Of a DNA stretch of 64,000 nucleotides, positions 1-9,795 are shown one piece after another. The DNA is from an uncultured Oscillospiraceae bacterium (GTDB taxonomy: Bacteria; Bacillota; Clostridia; Oscillospirales; Oscillospiraceae). Under the pieces are notes generated by a model, which saw only the letters and a list, made by a program, of their open reading frames with translations, searched no databases and was not told the DNA's origin. The stretch spans positions 22,613 through 86,612 of the forward strand of contig CAJUEU010000003.1 in the NCBI GenBank assembly GCA_910585735.1, written 5' to 3'. The translations under genes were made by a program, and so were the position numbers. Position 1 is the first letter of the stretch. Every line of letters starts with the position of its first letter.

Positions 1-2258
1 GGTACCATCCCCACGGGGACCAGTCGGTTTACGACGCCCTGGTCCGTCTGGCCCAGGACTTCTCCATGCGGTATATGCTGGTGGAGGGCCACGGCAACTT
101 CGGCAGCGTGGACGGCGACCCCCCGGCGGCTTACCGATACACGGAGGCCCGTTTAAGCCGTATTTCCGAGGAGATCCTCCGGGACCTGGAGAAGGAGACC
201 GTAGACTGGGATCCAAACTTTGACGAGTCCCGGAAGGAACCCCGGGTGCTGCCCTGCCGGTTCCCCAACCTGTTGGTGAACGGCTCTTCCGGCATTGCCG
301 TTGGCATGGCCACCAACATCCCCCCCCATAACCTGAAGGAGGTCATCGGCGCCTGTGTCAAGGTGTTGGACGACCCGGAAGCGACCCTCCCGGACCTGAT
401 GGAATATGTAAAGGGGCCCGATTTCCCCACCAGCGGCATCATTATGGGCCGCTCCGGCATCCGGGCGGCCTACGCCACCGGCCGGGGCAAGGTGACCATC
501 CGGGCCCGCACCGAGTTTGAGGAATTCGGTAAGGACCGCATGCGGATCATTGTTACCGAGATCCCCTACCAGGTGAACAAGCGGATGCTCATCAAAAACA
601 TGGCCGACCAGGTGGAGGACAAGCGGCTGGAGGGCATTTCGGATATCCGGGACGAGACCGACCGCAACGGCATGCGTATCGTCATTGAGCTTAAGCGGGA
701 CGCCAATCCTCAGGTGGTCCTGAACCGGCTCTTTGCCCAGACTCAGCTCCAGAGCTCCTTTGCCATCAATATGCTGGCCCTGGTGGATAACCAGTCCCAG
801 CCCAGGATCTTGTCCCTCCGGCACATCATTGACGAGTATCTGAAGTTTCAGGAGGAGATCATTGTCCGGCGGACCCAGTATGACCTGCGTAAGGCCCAGG
901 AGCGGGCCCACCTGCTGGAGGGCCTGCTCATCGCCCAGGACAACATTGACGAGGTCATCAAGATCATCCGCTCCTCCTACGACAACGCCAAGCAGAACCT
1001 GATGGACCGCTTTGACCTGGACGACGTTCAGGCCCAGGCTATCTGCGACATGCGGCTCATTGCCCTCCAGGGTCTCAACCGGGAGAAGCTGGAGGCCGAG
1101 TACAAGGAGCTGGAGGAGAAGATCGCCTACTACAACCAGATCCTCTCCGACGACGCTTTGGTGCGCGCCATCCTGAAGGAGGAGCTGCTGGCCATCTCCG
1201 AGAAGTTCGGAGACGACCGCAAGACCGAGATCCAGGACGTGGAGGACGAGATCGACATTGAGGACCTCATTGAGGAGGAGCAGTGCGTCTTTACCCTCAC
1301 CCAAGCGGGCTACATCAAGCGCACCCCGGTGAGCGAGTATGCCGCCCAGTCCAAGGGAGGCATGGGCAAGAAGGGGATCACCACTCGGGAGGAGGACTAT
1401 GTGGTGGATGTGTTCACCGCCTCCACCCACGATTACATCCTCTTCTTCACCGACACGGGCAAGGTCTACCGTAAGAAGGGGTATCAGATCCCTGAGAGCG
1501 GCAAGGCAGCCAAGGGCACCAACATCATCAACATCCTCCAGGTGGAGCAGGGGGAACGGGTCCAGGCCATGCTCCACTTCCGGGAGACCGAGGACGCCGA
1601 GAAGTTCCTCTTTATGGTGACCCGCCAGGGCACCGTGAAACGGCTCCCGGTGGAGACCCTGAAAAACCTGCGGAACAATGGTATCCGGGCTCTTACCCTG
1701 GAGGAGGGAGACCAGCTGGTGGCCGTTCGGGAGACTGACGGCGCCAAGCGTATCCTCATTGCCACCCACGACGGCATGGCGGTCTGCTTTGACGAGACCG
1801 AGGTGCGGCCCACCGGCCGGACCTCCATGGGCGTCCGAGGCATCCGCCTGCGGGGTGGAGACTATGTGGTGGGGGCCGCCCGGGCCACCGAGGGCAAGAC
1901 CGTCCTCTCCATCACGGAAAAGGGCTACGGAAAGCGCACCGACGTCAGCGAGTACCGGGTCACCGGCCGGGGCGGCGTGGGCGTGAAGAACTACATGGTC
2001 ACCGATAAGACCGGCCCTGTGGTGGGCATCAAGGTGGTGGATGGCAGCGAGGATCTGCTGCTGGTCACCCAGGCGGGCATTCTCATCCGCACCCCGGTGG
2101 AGGCCATCCGCATGGCAGGCCGGGCCACCCAGGGAGTTATTGTCATGCGCTTCAAGGAGGAGGGAGACCAGGTCATTGCCCTGGCCCTGACCGACCATGA
2201 GGAGCCCCAGACAGAGGGAGAATCTTTCCCCGAGGAGAGCGCCCCTGCTGAGGAATAA
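1..2258 (+). CDS. gyrA: DNA gyrase subunit A, 5'-truncated by window edge
   Basis: The frame is open from nt 3 ([35 protein letters not shown]). [10 protein letters not shown] catalytic-Tyr motif and NIPPHN are present, followed by C-terminal repeat domain and acidic tail. Stop at 2256-2258. Confidence 0.97.
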   Translation, partial: YHPHGDQSVYDALVRLAQDFSMRYMLVEGHGNFGSVDGDPPAAYRYTEARLSRISEEILRDLEKETVDWDPNFDESRKEPRVLPCRFPNLLVNGSSGIAVGMATNIPPHNLKEVIGACVKVLDDPEATLPDLMEYVKGPDFPTSGIIMGRSGIRAAYATGRGKVTIRARTEFEEFGKDRMRIIVTEIPYQVNKRMLIKNMADQVEDKRLEGISDIRDETDRNGMRIVIELKRDANPQVVLNRLFAQTQLQSSFAINMLALVDNQSQPRILSLRHIIDEYLKFQEEIIVRRTQYDLRKAQERAHLLEGLLIAQDNIDEVIKIIRSSYDNAKQNLMDRFDLDDVQAQAICDMRLIALQGLNREKLEAEYKELEEKIAYYNQILSDDALVRAILKEELLAISEKFGDDRKTEIQDVEDEIDIEDLIEEEQCVFTLTQAGYIKRTPVSEYAAQSKGGMGKKGITTREEDYVVDVFTASTHDYILFFTDTGKVYRKKGYQIPESGKAAKGTNIINILQVEQGERVQAMLHFRETEDAEKFLFMVTRQGTVKRLPVETLKNLRNNGIRALTLEEGDQLVAVRETDGAKRILIATHDGMAVCFDETEVRPTGRTSMGVRGIRLRGGDYVVGAARATEGKTVLSITEKGYGKRTDVSEYRVTGRGGVGVKNYMVTDKTGPVVGIKVVDGSEDLLLVTQAGILIRTPVEAIRMAGRATQGVIVMRFKEEGDQVIALALTDHEEPQTEGESFPEESAPAEE

Positions 2259-2342
2259 TTCGCGGGGGCCGGCCATCTGCCGGCCCCTGTCCGTTTTCTG
2301 TTGCTGTCAGAGACCTTCCGCCATCTGAAAGGAGGCGCCGCC

Positions 2343-2714
2343 ATGAAAAAACACATCCGCTATCGCCCCAGTAAGGCAAGCGCCGGCATGAGCGTTGCCG
2401 TGGGGATCATATTTATCATCATCGGCTTTACTCTGGTGCTTCCCGCCACCTTTGGCTCTGGTTTTCTGCCTGTGGGCCTGTTCGGACTTGCCTGGACGGG
2501 GATCGCGGTGGCCATTACGGTGGTGAACGGTCTTTACCTCTTTGGCAAGCGGGATAACACCAGCTTTTTTGGCAGTTATGTGATCACAGACGAGGAAACG
2601 GAGGAGGAGTCCGAACAGGAGCGGCTGAAAAAGCTCCAGAGCCTGTATGACCAGCGGCTTATCACCGCTGAGGAGTATGAGGAGAAGCGGAAAGAGATCC
2701 TGAAGGAGCTGTAA
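2343..2714 (+). CDS. small membrane protein with C-terminal SHOCT-like domain
   Basis: ATG at 2343 follows GAAAGGAGG. Two hydrophobic helices, and a C-terminus (LKKLQSLYDQRLITAEEYEEKRKEILKEL) that matches the SHOCT pattern. Confidence 0.7.
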   Translation: MKKHIRYRPSKASAGMSVAVGIIFIIIGFTLVLPATFGSGFLPVGLFGLAWTGIAVAITVVNGLYLFGKRDNTSFFGSYVITDEETEEESEQERLKKLQSLYDQRLITAEEYEEKRKEILKEL

Positions 2715-2729
2715 GGAGGGACGGTAGAT

Positions 2730-3041
2730 ATGAGGACATCATTTGGTGTGATACAGTTTGTGATCATTGCCGTGATTCTGATTGTGGCCTTTTCTGCCCA
2801 GATGAAAACGGCAAAGCTCAAGTCCAAAGCCCACACCCAACGGATCCAAAAGAGGAACGAGGCCCGGACCAAGGCCCGGGGTGGTACCCACCTGGGTCAC
2901 GACCACATCAAGTCCACCGAGCTCAGCGACAATCGGAAGCTGGAGCAGCTCAAGGCCTTGAAAGAGGCCGGACTCCTTACTCAGGAGGAGTTCAACACGG
3001 CGTGGGAAAAGGTGATGAAGAAATCCGCCGCGGGGCTGTAG
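2730..3041 (+). CDS. small membrane protein with C-terminal SHOCT-like domain
   Basis: RBS AAGGAGGG lies upstream. N-terminal TM helix, basic linker, and a C-terminus (LEQLKALKEAGLLTQEEFNTAWEKVM) that is SHOCT-like. Confidence 0.7.
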   Translation: MRTSFGVIQFVIIAVILIVAFSAQMKTAKLKSKAHTQRIQKRNEARTKARGGTHLGHDHIKSTELSDNRKLEQLKALKEAGLLTQEEFNTAWEKVMKKSAAGL

Positions 3042-3110
3042 GGGAGGAAGCGCCATGAACACCATGAGACCAGGCAGCTTCGGCGTGACCGAAGGAAATA
3101 GGAGAACCCA

Positions 3111-3560
3111 ATGAAAACAGTTACCATCTACACCGACGGGGCCTGCTCAGGGAATCCAGGGCCGGGAGGCTGGGGAGCCATCCTCCAATACGGTAAGTTT
3201 CAAAAGGAGCTCTCGGGTGGGGAGGAACAGACCACCAACAACCGTATGGAGCTCACCGGGGTGATTTCCGCGCTGAAAGCGCTGAAGGAGCCCTGTGTGG
3301 TGGAGCTGTGGTCGGATTCCAAATATGTGATCGACGCCCTGGAGAAGGGCTGGGCCAGGAGCTGGAAGGCCAAGGGGTGGGTCAAGTCGGACAAGAAGCC
3401 TGCCCTCAACCCCGATTTGTGGGAGGAGTTGCTGAAGCTGTGCGATTACCACACGGTCATCCTCCACTGGGTCAAGGGCCATGCGGATAACAAGTTCAAC
3501 AACCGCTGCGACGAGCTGGCGGTGATGGAGAGTAGGAAGTTTAAAGAGACCATGGAGTAA
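3111..3560 (+). CDS. rnhA: ribonuclease HI
   Basis: [25 protein letters not shown]...TTNNRMEL...[18 protein letters not shown], a typical RNase H type 1. RBS AGGAGA upstream. Confidence 0.93.
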   Translation: MKTVTIYTDGACSGNPGPGGWGAILQYGKFQKELSGGEEQTTNNRMELTGVISALKALKEPCVVELWSDSKYVIDALEKGWARSWKAKGWVKSDKKPALNPDLWEELLKLCDYHTVILHWVKGHADNKFNNRCDELAVMESRKFKETME

Positions 3561-3606
3561 ACACTGAGAAAGAAAAGAAAGGTCGGTTATGATAGCCCCT
3601 CAACGA

Positions 3607-3644
3607 GAAAAATCCCGCCTGTCTTTATGACAGGCGGGATTTTA
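3607..3644. terminator. bidirectional rho-independent terminator between rnhA and the helicase gene
   Basis: Perfect 12-bp stem ATCCCGCCTGTC/GACAGGCGGGAT, flanked by an A-run and a T-run. Confidence 0.8.
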
Positions 3645-3738
3645 CATGTTTCAGGGCTTTTCCAGGAAGAAGCACGCCTCATTCCCCTTGCGGAAAGAGC
3701 GGAGGATCAGACGTTCTGTCCCCAATGCTTTCATGGGT

Positions 3739-5796
3739 TCAGTCCTCGTTGGGATTAAAATAGTAGGGCTTCATGAGGCTGCGCTGCTCAGTGGAGTCCT
3801 TCTGGGCCCCCGAGTGGGGAGCCTCCACCGGGCCCCGACGGGGCCGGTCGGGGCGGCGCTTGTCCTGCCGGGACTGTTTGGGAGCGGGAGATCCCTGCTT
3901 GGGAAGAGGCTTGGAGGAGGAAGCGGTCCGATCCTTCCGGGGAAGGGAATTCCGCTCCTGGCCGCCCTTTTGAGAGGCCTTGTCCCGCCGAGGCTTCTCC
4001 TGCCGGGGTGCAGCGGGAGGGTGGACCCGGGGAGAGAGCTGTGTCTGGCTTGCATTGACCGCCGCATGGCCGGGTCGCTTTCCTTCCGACTCGGACTGGT
4101 CTCCGGGCCGCAGACGACCCTTCGCTCGTCCTCGCTCCAGTCCAAGCTCCCCTATGCGGCTATGCTCGCCTTTCGGGGCCAGGAACCGGGCGGTGGCATC
4201 CATGATCTCCTCCCCGGCCAGGGGGTCCTGGCCGTACTGCCGGGCCTGAATGGCACGCTCTTCGGCCAGCCAGGCCTCGAAAGCGGAGTCCCGGGAAGCG
4301 GACTGAGACTTGGATTTGGGCTGGCGGGATGTCTCGCCCCACTTCACAGAGGTTTTTGGGGCGGGGCCTTGGGACTTGGGGGACATAGCTGAGAGAGCCT
4401 GGTCCAGGGTTTTGCTGGCCCGGTAACCCGCCAGCTTCTTGATGGAGGCGGAAGGTTGGGGGTTCTTTCGATGGGACCCCTCATCCGATGCCGGTGAGAC
4501 CGGCGCCACCTTCCCCCCATGGGGAGGAAGGCTTTGGGGGGAGGTCCGTTTTACTTCCTCCCGGGCCTTTTTCCTCTCTCTTGCTGCCTGTCTGGCCTCC
4601 TGGTCATCAGCGTTAACGATCTTGCCGTGCTTATCCCGTTTAGGAGCTTCAAAGACCTCCATGGGGTAGGGGTGGCCCTCCACCACGGGGATGGGCTTTT
4701 TCAGCAGCTTCTCAATGGGGGCCAAGAGCTCCTTTTCCCCAAACTCACAGAAGGAAACGGCGGTACCCCCACGTCCCGCCCGGCCGGTCCGGCCAATGCG
4801 GTGGACGTAGGTCTCAGGCACGTCGGGCAGATTGTAGTTGAAGACGTGGCTCAACTCCTCAATGTCCAGACCCCGGGCGGCAATATCGGTAGCCACCAGA
4901 ACTTTTACCCGTCCCGATTTGAAATCGGCAAGGGCCTGCTGACGGGCGGTCTGGCTCTTGTTGCCGTGGATGGCGGCGGCGTGGATGCCGGCTTTCTCCA
5001 GGTCGGCGGCCACCTTGTTGGCTCCGTGCTTGGTGCGGGTGAATACCAGGGCGTTTTTCACGTCAGGATGCTTTACCAGCATGGAAAGGAGCTTGCCCTT
5101 GTTGGTTCGGTCCACGTAGAAGAGCCGTTGGTCGATGACCTCTACCGGGGAGGACACCGGGTTTACCGCCACCTTTACCGGGTCCACCAGCAGAGCGTCC
5201 ACCAGATGCTGGACCTCAGGGGGCATGGTGGCCGAGAAAAAGAGGGTCTGCTTCCGCTGGGGGATCCAGGTGAGGATCTTTTTGACGTCGTGGATAAAGC
5301 CCATGTCCAGCATGCGGTCAGCTTCATCCAACACAAAGATCTCCAGCTTTTCCACATGGATATATCCCTGGTTGTGGAGATCCTCCAGCCGGCCCGGAGT
5401 GGCGACCAAAATATCCACGCCGGCTTTTAATTTATCCACTTGAGGCTGCTGTCCCACGCCGCCAAAGATGACGGCGGAGCGCAGGGGCAGATTTTTTCCA
5501 TAGGCCTCAAAACTCTCCTGGATCTGGAGGGCCAGTTCCCGGGTGGGGGTGAGGATAAGGGCCCGGATGGGCCGCACTCCCCGCAAGGGCTCAGCCTTGC
5601 GGGCACTGAGCTGTTGAAGAATGGGAGTGGCGAAGGCGCAGGTCTTGCCTGTGCCGGTCTGGGCGCAGCCCAGCACGTCCCGGCCTGTGAGGGCGGGGGG
5701 GATGGCCTTCTCCTGAATGGGAGAGGGCTTTTCATAGTTCAGGTCCTTGAGGGCGGAGAGAATGGAAGGGCAAAGTCCCAGGTCTTGAAAGGTCAT
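3739..5796 (-). CDS. DEAD-box ATP-dependent RNA helicase with a long basic low-complexity C-terminal tail
   Basis: Motifs [18 protein letters not shown] ([13 protein letters not shown]), SAT and [10 protein letters not shown]. Start chosen at MTFQDLGL (ATG 5796, AAGGAA RBS) rather than the ORF-track start at 5835. Confidence 0.93.
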   Translation of the reverse strand: MTFQDLGLCPSILSALKDLNYEKPSPIQEKAIPPALTGRDVLGCAQTGTGKTCAFATPILQQLSARKAEPLRGVRPIRALILTPTRELALQIQESFEAYGKNLPLRSAVIFGGVGQQPQVDKLKAGVDILVATPGRLEDLHNQGYIHVEKLEIFVLDEADRMLDMGFIHDVKKILTWIPQRKQTLFFSATMPPEVQHLVDALLVDPVKVAVNPVSSPVEVIDQRLFYVDRTNKGKLLSMLVKHPDVKNALVFTRTKHGANKVAADLEKAGIHAAAIHGNKSQTARQQALADFKSGRVKVLVATDIAARGLDIEELSHVFNYNLPDVPETYVHRIGRTGRAGRGGTAVSFCEFGEKELLAPIEKLLKKPIPVVEGHPYPMEVFEAPKRDKHGKIVNADDQEARQAARERKKAREEVKRTSPQSLPPHGGKVAPVSPASDEGSHRKNPQPSASIKKLAGYRASKTLDQALSAMSPKSQGPAPKTSVKWGETSRQPKSKSQSASRDSAFEAWLAEERAIQARQYGQDPLAGEEIMDATARFLAPKGEHSRIGELGLERGRAKGRLRPGDQSESEGKRPGHAAVNASQTQLSPRVHPPAAPRQEKPRRDKASQKGGQERNSLPRKDRTASSSKPLPKQGSPAPKQSRQDKRRPDRPRRGPVEAPHSGAQKDSTEQRSLMKPYYFNPNED

Positions 5797-5969
5797 AGCT
5801 GTCGTTCCTTTTTTCAAATGTCCCGGCCACGGCAAATTACGGGCCTGCCTTCTTTGGCAGGTCCGGGTGGGGGAAAGCGGAACTTATAGCGGCGCGGAGC
5901 GCCGGGCCTCTCCTTCCGCTGGAGAGGGCCATACACGGCAAAGGCCGTGAAACTATCTATGGTAACGGT

Positions 5970-5998
5970 ATTATACCAGTTTTTGCCGCGGATTACAA
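5970..5998 (-). promoter_or_regulatory. putative sigma-A promoter for the helicase gene
   Basis: On the minus strand: TTGTAA, 17 nt, TATAAT. This implies a 5' UTR of about 170 nt. Confidence 0.45.
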
Positions 5999-6065
5999 GC
6001 CCCAGGCGGGAAAGGGCACAAACAGACAAAACCTTTTCTTTTTTTGCCTTGGAGAGACGTATTTT

Positions 6066-6104
6066 GGAAAAGGAACGGAGGCTGTCTAAAAGACAGCCTC
6101 CGTT
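6066..6104 (-). terminator. terminator downstream of aroK
   Basis: 14-bp stem AACGGAGGCTGTCT/AGACAGCCTCCGTT, followed on the minus strand by CCUUUUCC. Confidence 0.6.
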
Positions 6105-6110
6105 CTTGGG

Positions 6111-6623
6111 TTATCGATGTTTGCCCAGCTCCTTCAATGCGGAAAGGACCAGGCGCAAAGTATCCTCAGCCCGGGGCTGGTCTCCGGCGATGGTAGCATC
6201 GGCGTATTTCTCATAGAAGGGGGAGCGGTAGGCGCAGAGGTCCCCGAGGGTCTGGCCGGGCTCCAAAGTGACCCCCCGGGTGGCCAGGTTGCCCAGCCGT
6301 TTGGTAAGGGCCTCCACCGAGGGCTTCAGGTAGACCACCGGGCCCAGGGCCTTGAGGTGAAGGGCCCCCTTCTCCCGAAGGACCGCCGAGCCCCCGGGGG
6401 CCAGGATGGTGTTCTCGCAGGAAATACCTGAAATGACCTCCGCCTCGGCGTCCAGAAAGGCCTCGGTGCCCAGGTCGTCCAGAACCTTTTGGAGGTTGGG
6501 CGCTTTATACCTGCTGACAATGAGAGGGTCCACATCCAGAAAGGCATACCCAAGCTGTTTAGACAGGAGCCTGCCCACCGTGGATTTGCCCGAGCCGGGC
6601 ATACCGATGAGGGTGATATTCAT
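6111..6623 (-). CDS. aroK: shikimate kinase
   Basis: MNITLIGMPGSGKSTVGRLLSKQLGYAFLDVD: Walker A plus shikimate kinase N-terminal signature. Size is about 170 aa. Confidence 0.9.
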   Translation of the reverse strand: MNITLIGMPGSGKSTVGRLLSKQLGYAFLDVDPLIVSRYKAPNLQKVLDDLGTEAFLDAEAEVISGISCENTILAPGGSAVLREKGALHLKALGPVVYLKPSVEALTKRLGNLATRGVTLEPGQTLGDLCAYRSPFYEKYADATIAGDQPRAEDTLRLVLSALKELGKHR

Positions 6624-6636
6624 GGCTGGTCTCTCC

Positions 6637-7455
6637 TCAGTAAATGGCGTCCAGGTGCCGGATGAGGGCCCCGATAGCCCCCTTCTTACAGTGGGGCAGG
6701 ACCACCACCCCGGGCGTCTCCTTCACCGCCGGGATGGCATTTTTGGGGGCAAAGGGGATGGCGGAAATCTTGAGCATGGAGATGTCGTTCTCGTTGTCCC
6801 CCACGCAGTAAATACCGCTTCGGCGAATGCCCAGAGCCTCGGCCACCTTCAGAACAGCGGAACCCTTGGTGCAGCCCTTGGCGTTGAGCTCCAGCATGTG
6901 GTCGTCGGAGAAGATCACTTCATAACGGTCTCCCCACCGCTTGAGGATCTCGGCCTGGAAGGTGAGGAGGGTCTTGTGGTTATGCTCCATAATGGCCTTA
7001 TCCCAGGGAAGGGGGATCTCCGCAATGGGGCAGATGTGGCCCCTGGCCCCGGTATACTCCATGTGACGGCGCACATAGAAGTTGGGGTTCCAGGCATAGA
7101 GGTCGTTCTCCCCGGAGTAGACCTCCAGGGCCATTCGGGGGAAGACGCGGGAGAGCTCAACCATATCCTCCCGGGTAGTGGGAGGGAGGGGAGACTGGGC
7201 CAGGATCTCCTCACGGTCAAAATCGTAGACCAGCGCCCCATTGGCCAGCAGCACCGGGGCGTTGAAGGGGATGCGGGAGCGAACGATGCGGAAGGTGCAG
7301 TGGGTCCGGCCGGTGGCCACGGTGAAGCGGCCCCCCTGGGCCTCAAAATAGGCCAGCATATCCAGGTTGTCCTGGGGAATGTTGTTGCCCACGGCAAAGG
7401 TGCCGTCGTAGTCGGACACCAGCAGCACTCCGTCAAATTTTCCCACAGCCATCAT
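6637..7455 (-). CDS. Cof-type HAD-IIB family phosphatase
   Basis: HAD motif I (SDYDGTF) and motif IV (GDNENDISM). Length 272 aa. Confidence 0.85.
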   Translation of the reverse strand: MMAVGKFDGVLLVSDYDGTFAVGNNIPQDNLDMLAYFEAQGGRFTVATGRTHCTFRIVRSRIPFNAPVLLANGALVYDFDREEILAQSPLPPTTREDMVELSRVFPRMALEVYSGENDLYAWNPNFYVRRHMEYTGARGHICPIAEIPLPWDKAIMEHNHKTLLTFQAEILKRWGDRYEVIFSDDHMLELNAKGCTKGSAVLKVAEALGIRRSGIYCVGDNENDISMLKISAIPFAPKNAIPAVKETPGVVVLPHCKKGAIGALIRHLDAIY

Positions 7456-7467
7456 TCCTTACATTGC

Positions 7468-8025
7468 TTATTTCAGGTCGGCGCCCTCCAGCCAGCGGCG
7501 AATGGGCGTTACCTTGCTCAGCGCAAAAGCACCCACAACAGAAATCACGGTACTGGGAAGCATATAGAACAGATTATAGAGCGCGGAGTAGAAAAACGGG
7601 GAGGTCATGGTCATCCCTAAAAATTCCTCCGGCATCCACTCGGCGTACACGGTGATGCCGCTGAGATAATGGATCACAAACCGGGCGGCGCAGCCGATGA
7701 GAGCGGCCAGCCAGGCCGGGTCGGCCTTCCGCTTCAATACCCCGGCAAAGCCTACGAAGGCGTAAGCCACCGAGTAGTCGAAGATAATAGAGATCCAGCT
7801 GATGACAAAGCCCTCACCCAGAAAATACTTGAGGGTACCGAACACAAGGCCAGCGGTCACGCCCCAGCCCCATCCCCAGCGAATGGCGAAAAGGATCAGG
7901 GGGATCATGGTGGCGTTGATAGAGCCGCCGCTGGGCCCCACATCCAGCTTGACGTAGCTCAGGACCACCGACATGGCCACACAGAGCGCCGCCTCACAGA
8001 GCAACCGTACTTTTTCGTTTCGCAT
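7468..8025 (-). CDS. thiT: ECF-type thiamine transporter S-component ThiT
   Basis: 185-aa polytopic membrane protein, directly preceded by a TPP riboswitch. The N-terminus has the pattern typical of ThiT-family proteins. Confidence 0.8.
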   Translation of the reverse strand: MRNEKVRLLCEAALCVAMSVVLSYVKLDVGPSGGSINATMIPLILFAIRWGWGWGVTAGLVFGTLKYFLGEGFVISWISIIFDYSVAYAFVGFAGVLKRKADPAWLAALIGCAARFVIHYLSGITVYAEWMPEEFLGMTMTSPFFYSALYNLFYMLPSTVISVVGAFALSKVTPIRRWLEGADLK

Positions 8026-8044
8026 CTTTTTTGCCTCTCTTTAC

Positions 8045-8235
8045 AATAAAGTACCGCAGGCGCAAACCGGAATGGCGCGTCGCGGTACGAAAAGAGACAA
8101 AAGTCACTCGATCGCTCCCTACGCCGGCATTACCCGGATCAGGTGTAGGCCCAATGGGCCAAGGGACCGGGGGCGGCATTACGCCCCGCATCACAGCCGG
8201 ACTTGCGTCCAGCGCCCCTGCTATTCTGTTTTGTC
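8045..8235 (-). promoter_or_regulatory. TPP (THI-box) riboswitch with terminator expression platform
   Basis: The minus strand reads CAGGGGCGC...GGCUGUGAUG...ACCUGAUCCGGGUAAUGCCGGCGUAGGGAGCG. The 3' half is a near-exact match to the conserved THI-box. It is followed by hairpin GUACCGC...GCGGUAC plus UUUAUUG, just upstream of the thiT RBS. Confidence 0.8.
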
Positions 8236-8251
8236 CTCACGGTCTGGCCTT

Positions 8252-8280
8252 ATTGTAAACGAAGGGGAGTGGATTGTCAA
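8252..8280 (-). promoter_or_regulatory. putative sigma-A promoter of the riboswitch-thiT transcript
   Basis: Minus strand: TTGACA, 17 nt, TACAAT. Confidence 0.55.
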
Positions 8281-8347
8281 GATTCTTCATGGGGAGACAG
8301 GGCATAAAAATACTCCCGGGTTTGGTGCCCCGGGAGCATTTTGCGGA

Positions 8348-9688
8348 TCAAAGGGCCATGGCCCGGTCCAAAAGGATGTCCTGGAAGATCTCCTTCGAGG
8401 TCCAGGGGATGTATTCGTCCACGCTCAGCCCCTTCTCGCTGGTGCCCCGGCCCTCGTAGGCGGCAGGGGTCATGCGGATGGGGTAAGAGAGGGTCATTTT
8501 GTCGTGAAGGGCTACGGTGATGGGATCAAAATAATCCAAAGTGCCCATGGTGGGCCGGCCGATCACGGTCACCTTGCCGCCGCAGCGTTTACACAGGGCC
8601 ACAAATTGCTCTCCCTCGTCCTCGCAGAAGGTGTCGGTGAGGACCACCACCTTCTCCGGGGCCGCTGGGGCGGGGAAAACCGTTCCCTCCACTGCTTCGG
8701 GGGGCAGGAACACCAGCCCCTTGCCGAAGTTGTCCCGGTAGAGGGAAATTTCCTGGTCAACGAGGGCGATCTCCTCCGGGTCGGTACAGGTGGCGCGGAA
8801 GGCGGAGAGAACGTCGTACCGCCGGTTGCAGTTGTTCTCCGTGAAAAGGCACCAGCAGCCCTCGTCCCCCCGAAGCTCCTCTATGGTTCGCTCTCGGACC
8901 ACCAGGTAGGGGAGCAGGCCGTCCAAGGCGTTCTCGTCCCCGCCCACATTCCGGCGGAGGTCCAGAATCAGCTTGCGGCTTTTGGCAATGTCTCCGCCGT
9001 GCTTGGTCAGGAGGGTGTCCATAGCCTCCCGATCCATCCGCTCCAGCCTCAGGTAGGCGGCATTTCCCGCCAGCATCCGAAATTCAATGGGGTAGTCCTC
9101 CTCAAAGGGCGGACAGGGGGGCGTTTCCACCCGTTCCCGGCTCCCATCGGCGTGCTCCACCGTGAGGGACCGGGCCATGCGCAAATAGCCCCCCCACAGC
9201 TCCCGCTCGGGGAGGCCGCTGTAAAAGGCGGCCCGGCGCATATAGTCCCGGACCCGTTCAGGGCTCATGCTCTGGACCTCCAGAATTTTGTCCCCGGGGA
9301 CAAGCCCGGTCTCCGGCTTTGCGGAAGTGACGTAAAGACAGTCTCTGGCCGCCCGGACCCGATAAGGAAGCCCCAGGTTCCGATAGTCGATCCAATCCTC
9401 ACAGTGGAACCGCAAATGCCGGTCGTGCATATCCCCCACCATCTGGTGAAGGCTCCGAGCCAGCATCTCGATGGTCAGGGTGCCGTAGCGGTAGTTGGAG
9501 AACACATAGGTCCGGCTCTCGTTGGGCATGTAGTATTTCCGCTTGTGCTCAAAGCCCACATAGTCGTAGTGGATGGTTTTGACCATAGCGTCATAGAGGG
9601 CGTCCAGGTCAATGGGATTTTCCTTCATCTCGGCGTAAATGGCCTCCTTGGCCAGCCGTTCCCGCTCCACACGGTCAATGAGTTCCAT
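8348..9688 (-). CDS. S41 (C-terminal processing peptidase)-like protein, catalytic residues uncertain
   Basis: LILDLRRNVGGDENALDGLLPYL resembles the S41 DLRxNxGG motif. No signal peptide. The expected GSASASE nucleophile motif reads TFCEDEGE. Confidence 0.6.
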   Translation of the reverse strand: MELIDRVERERLAKEAIYAEMKENPIDLDALYDAMVKTIHYDYVGFEHKRKYYMPNESRTYVFSNYRYGTLTIEMLARSLHQMVGDMHDRHLRFHCEDWIDYRNLGLPYRVRAARDCLYVTSAKPETGLVPGDKILEVQSMSPERVRDYMRRAAFYSGLPERELWGGYLRMARSLTVEHADGSRERVETPPCPPFEEDYPIEFRMLAGNAAYLRLERMDREAMDTLLTKHGGDIAKSRKLILDLRRNVGGDENALDGLLPYLVVRERTIEELRGDEGCWCLFTENNCNRRYDVLSAFRATCTDPEEIALVDQEISLYRDNFGKGLVFLPPEAVEGTVFPAPAAPEKVVVLTDTFCEDEGEQFVALCKRCGGKVTVIGRPTMGTLDYFDPITVALHDKMTLSYPIRMTPAAYEGRGTSEKGLSVDEYIPWTSKEIFQDILLDRAMAL

Positions 9689-9704
9689 GGTGTGTCCTCC
9701 TTTG

Positions 9705-9745
9705 GGTAGAAAAGGGGCTCCGCTCCCATGAGCGGAGCCCCTTCG
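9705..9745 (-). terminator. terminator downstream of the flavoprotein gene
   Basis: 13-bp stem AAGGGGCTCCGCT/AGCGGAGCCCCTT, followed by UUUUCU on the minus strand. Confidence 0.7.
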
Positions 9746-9795
9746 ATTTTCTCATATCCCCGAAAAATTGTCAATCCCAGGGGAAACGTGACTTC

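Noticed and set aside
153-2276. 707-aa ORF antisense to gyrA
   Set aside because: It is completely nested opposite a gene with unmistakable GyrA motifs. The Gly/Leu/His/Val/Asp-rich translation has no family resemblance. This is the typical stop-free antisense frame of GC-rich coding DNA.
3646-4392. 248-aa plus-strand ORF downstream of rnhA
   Set aside because: It starts inside or after the bidirectional terminator and is antisense to the helicase tail. The translation is repetitive Gly/Leu/Pro/Arg-rich sequence.
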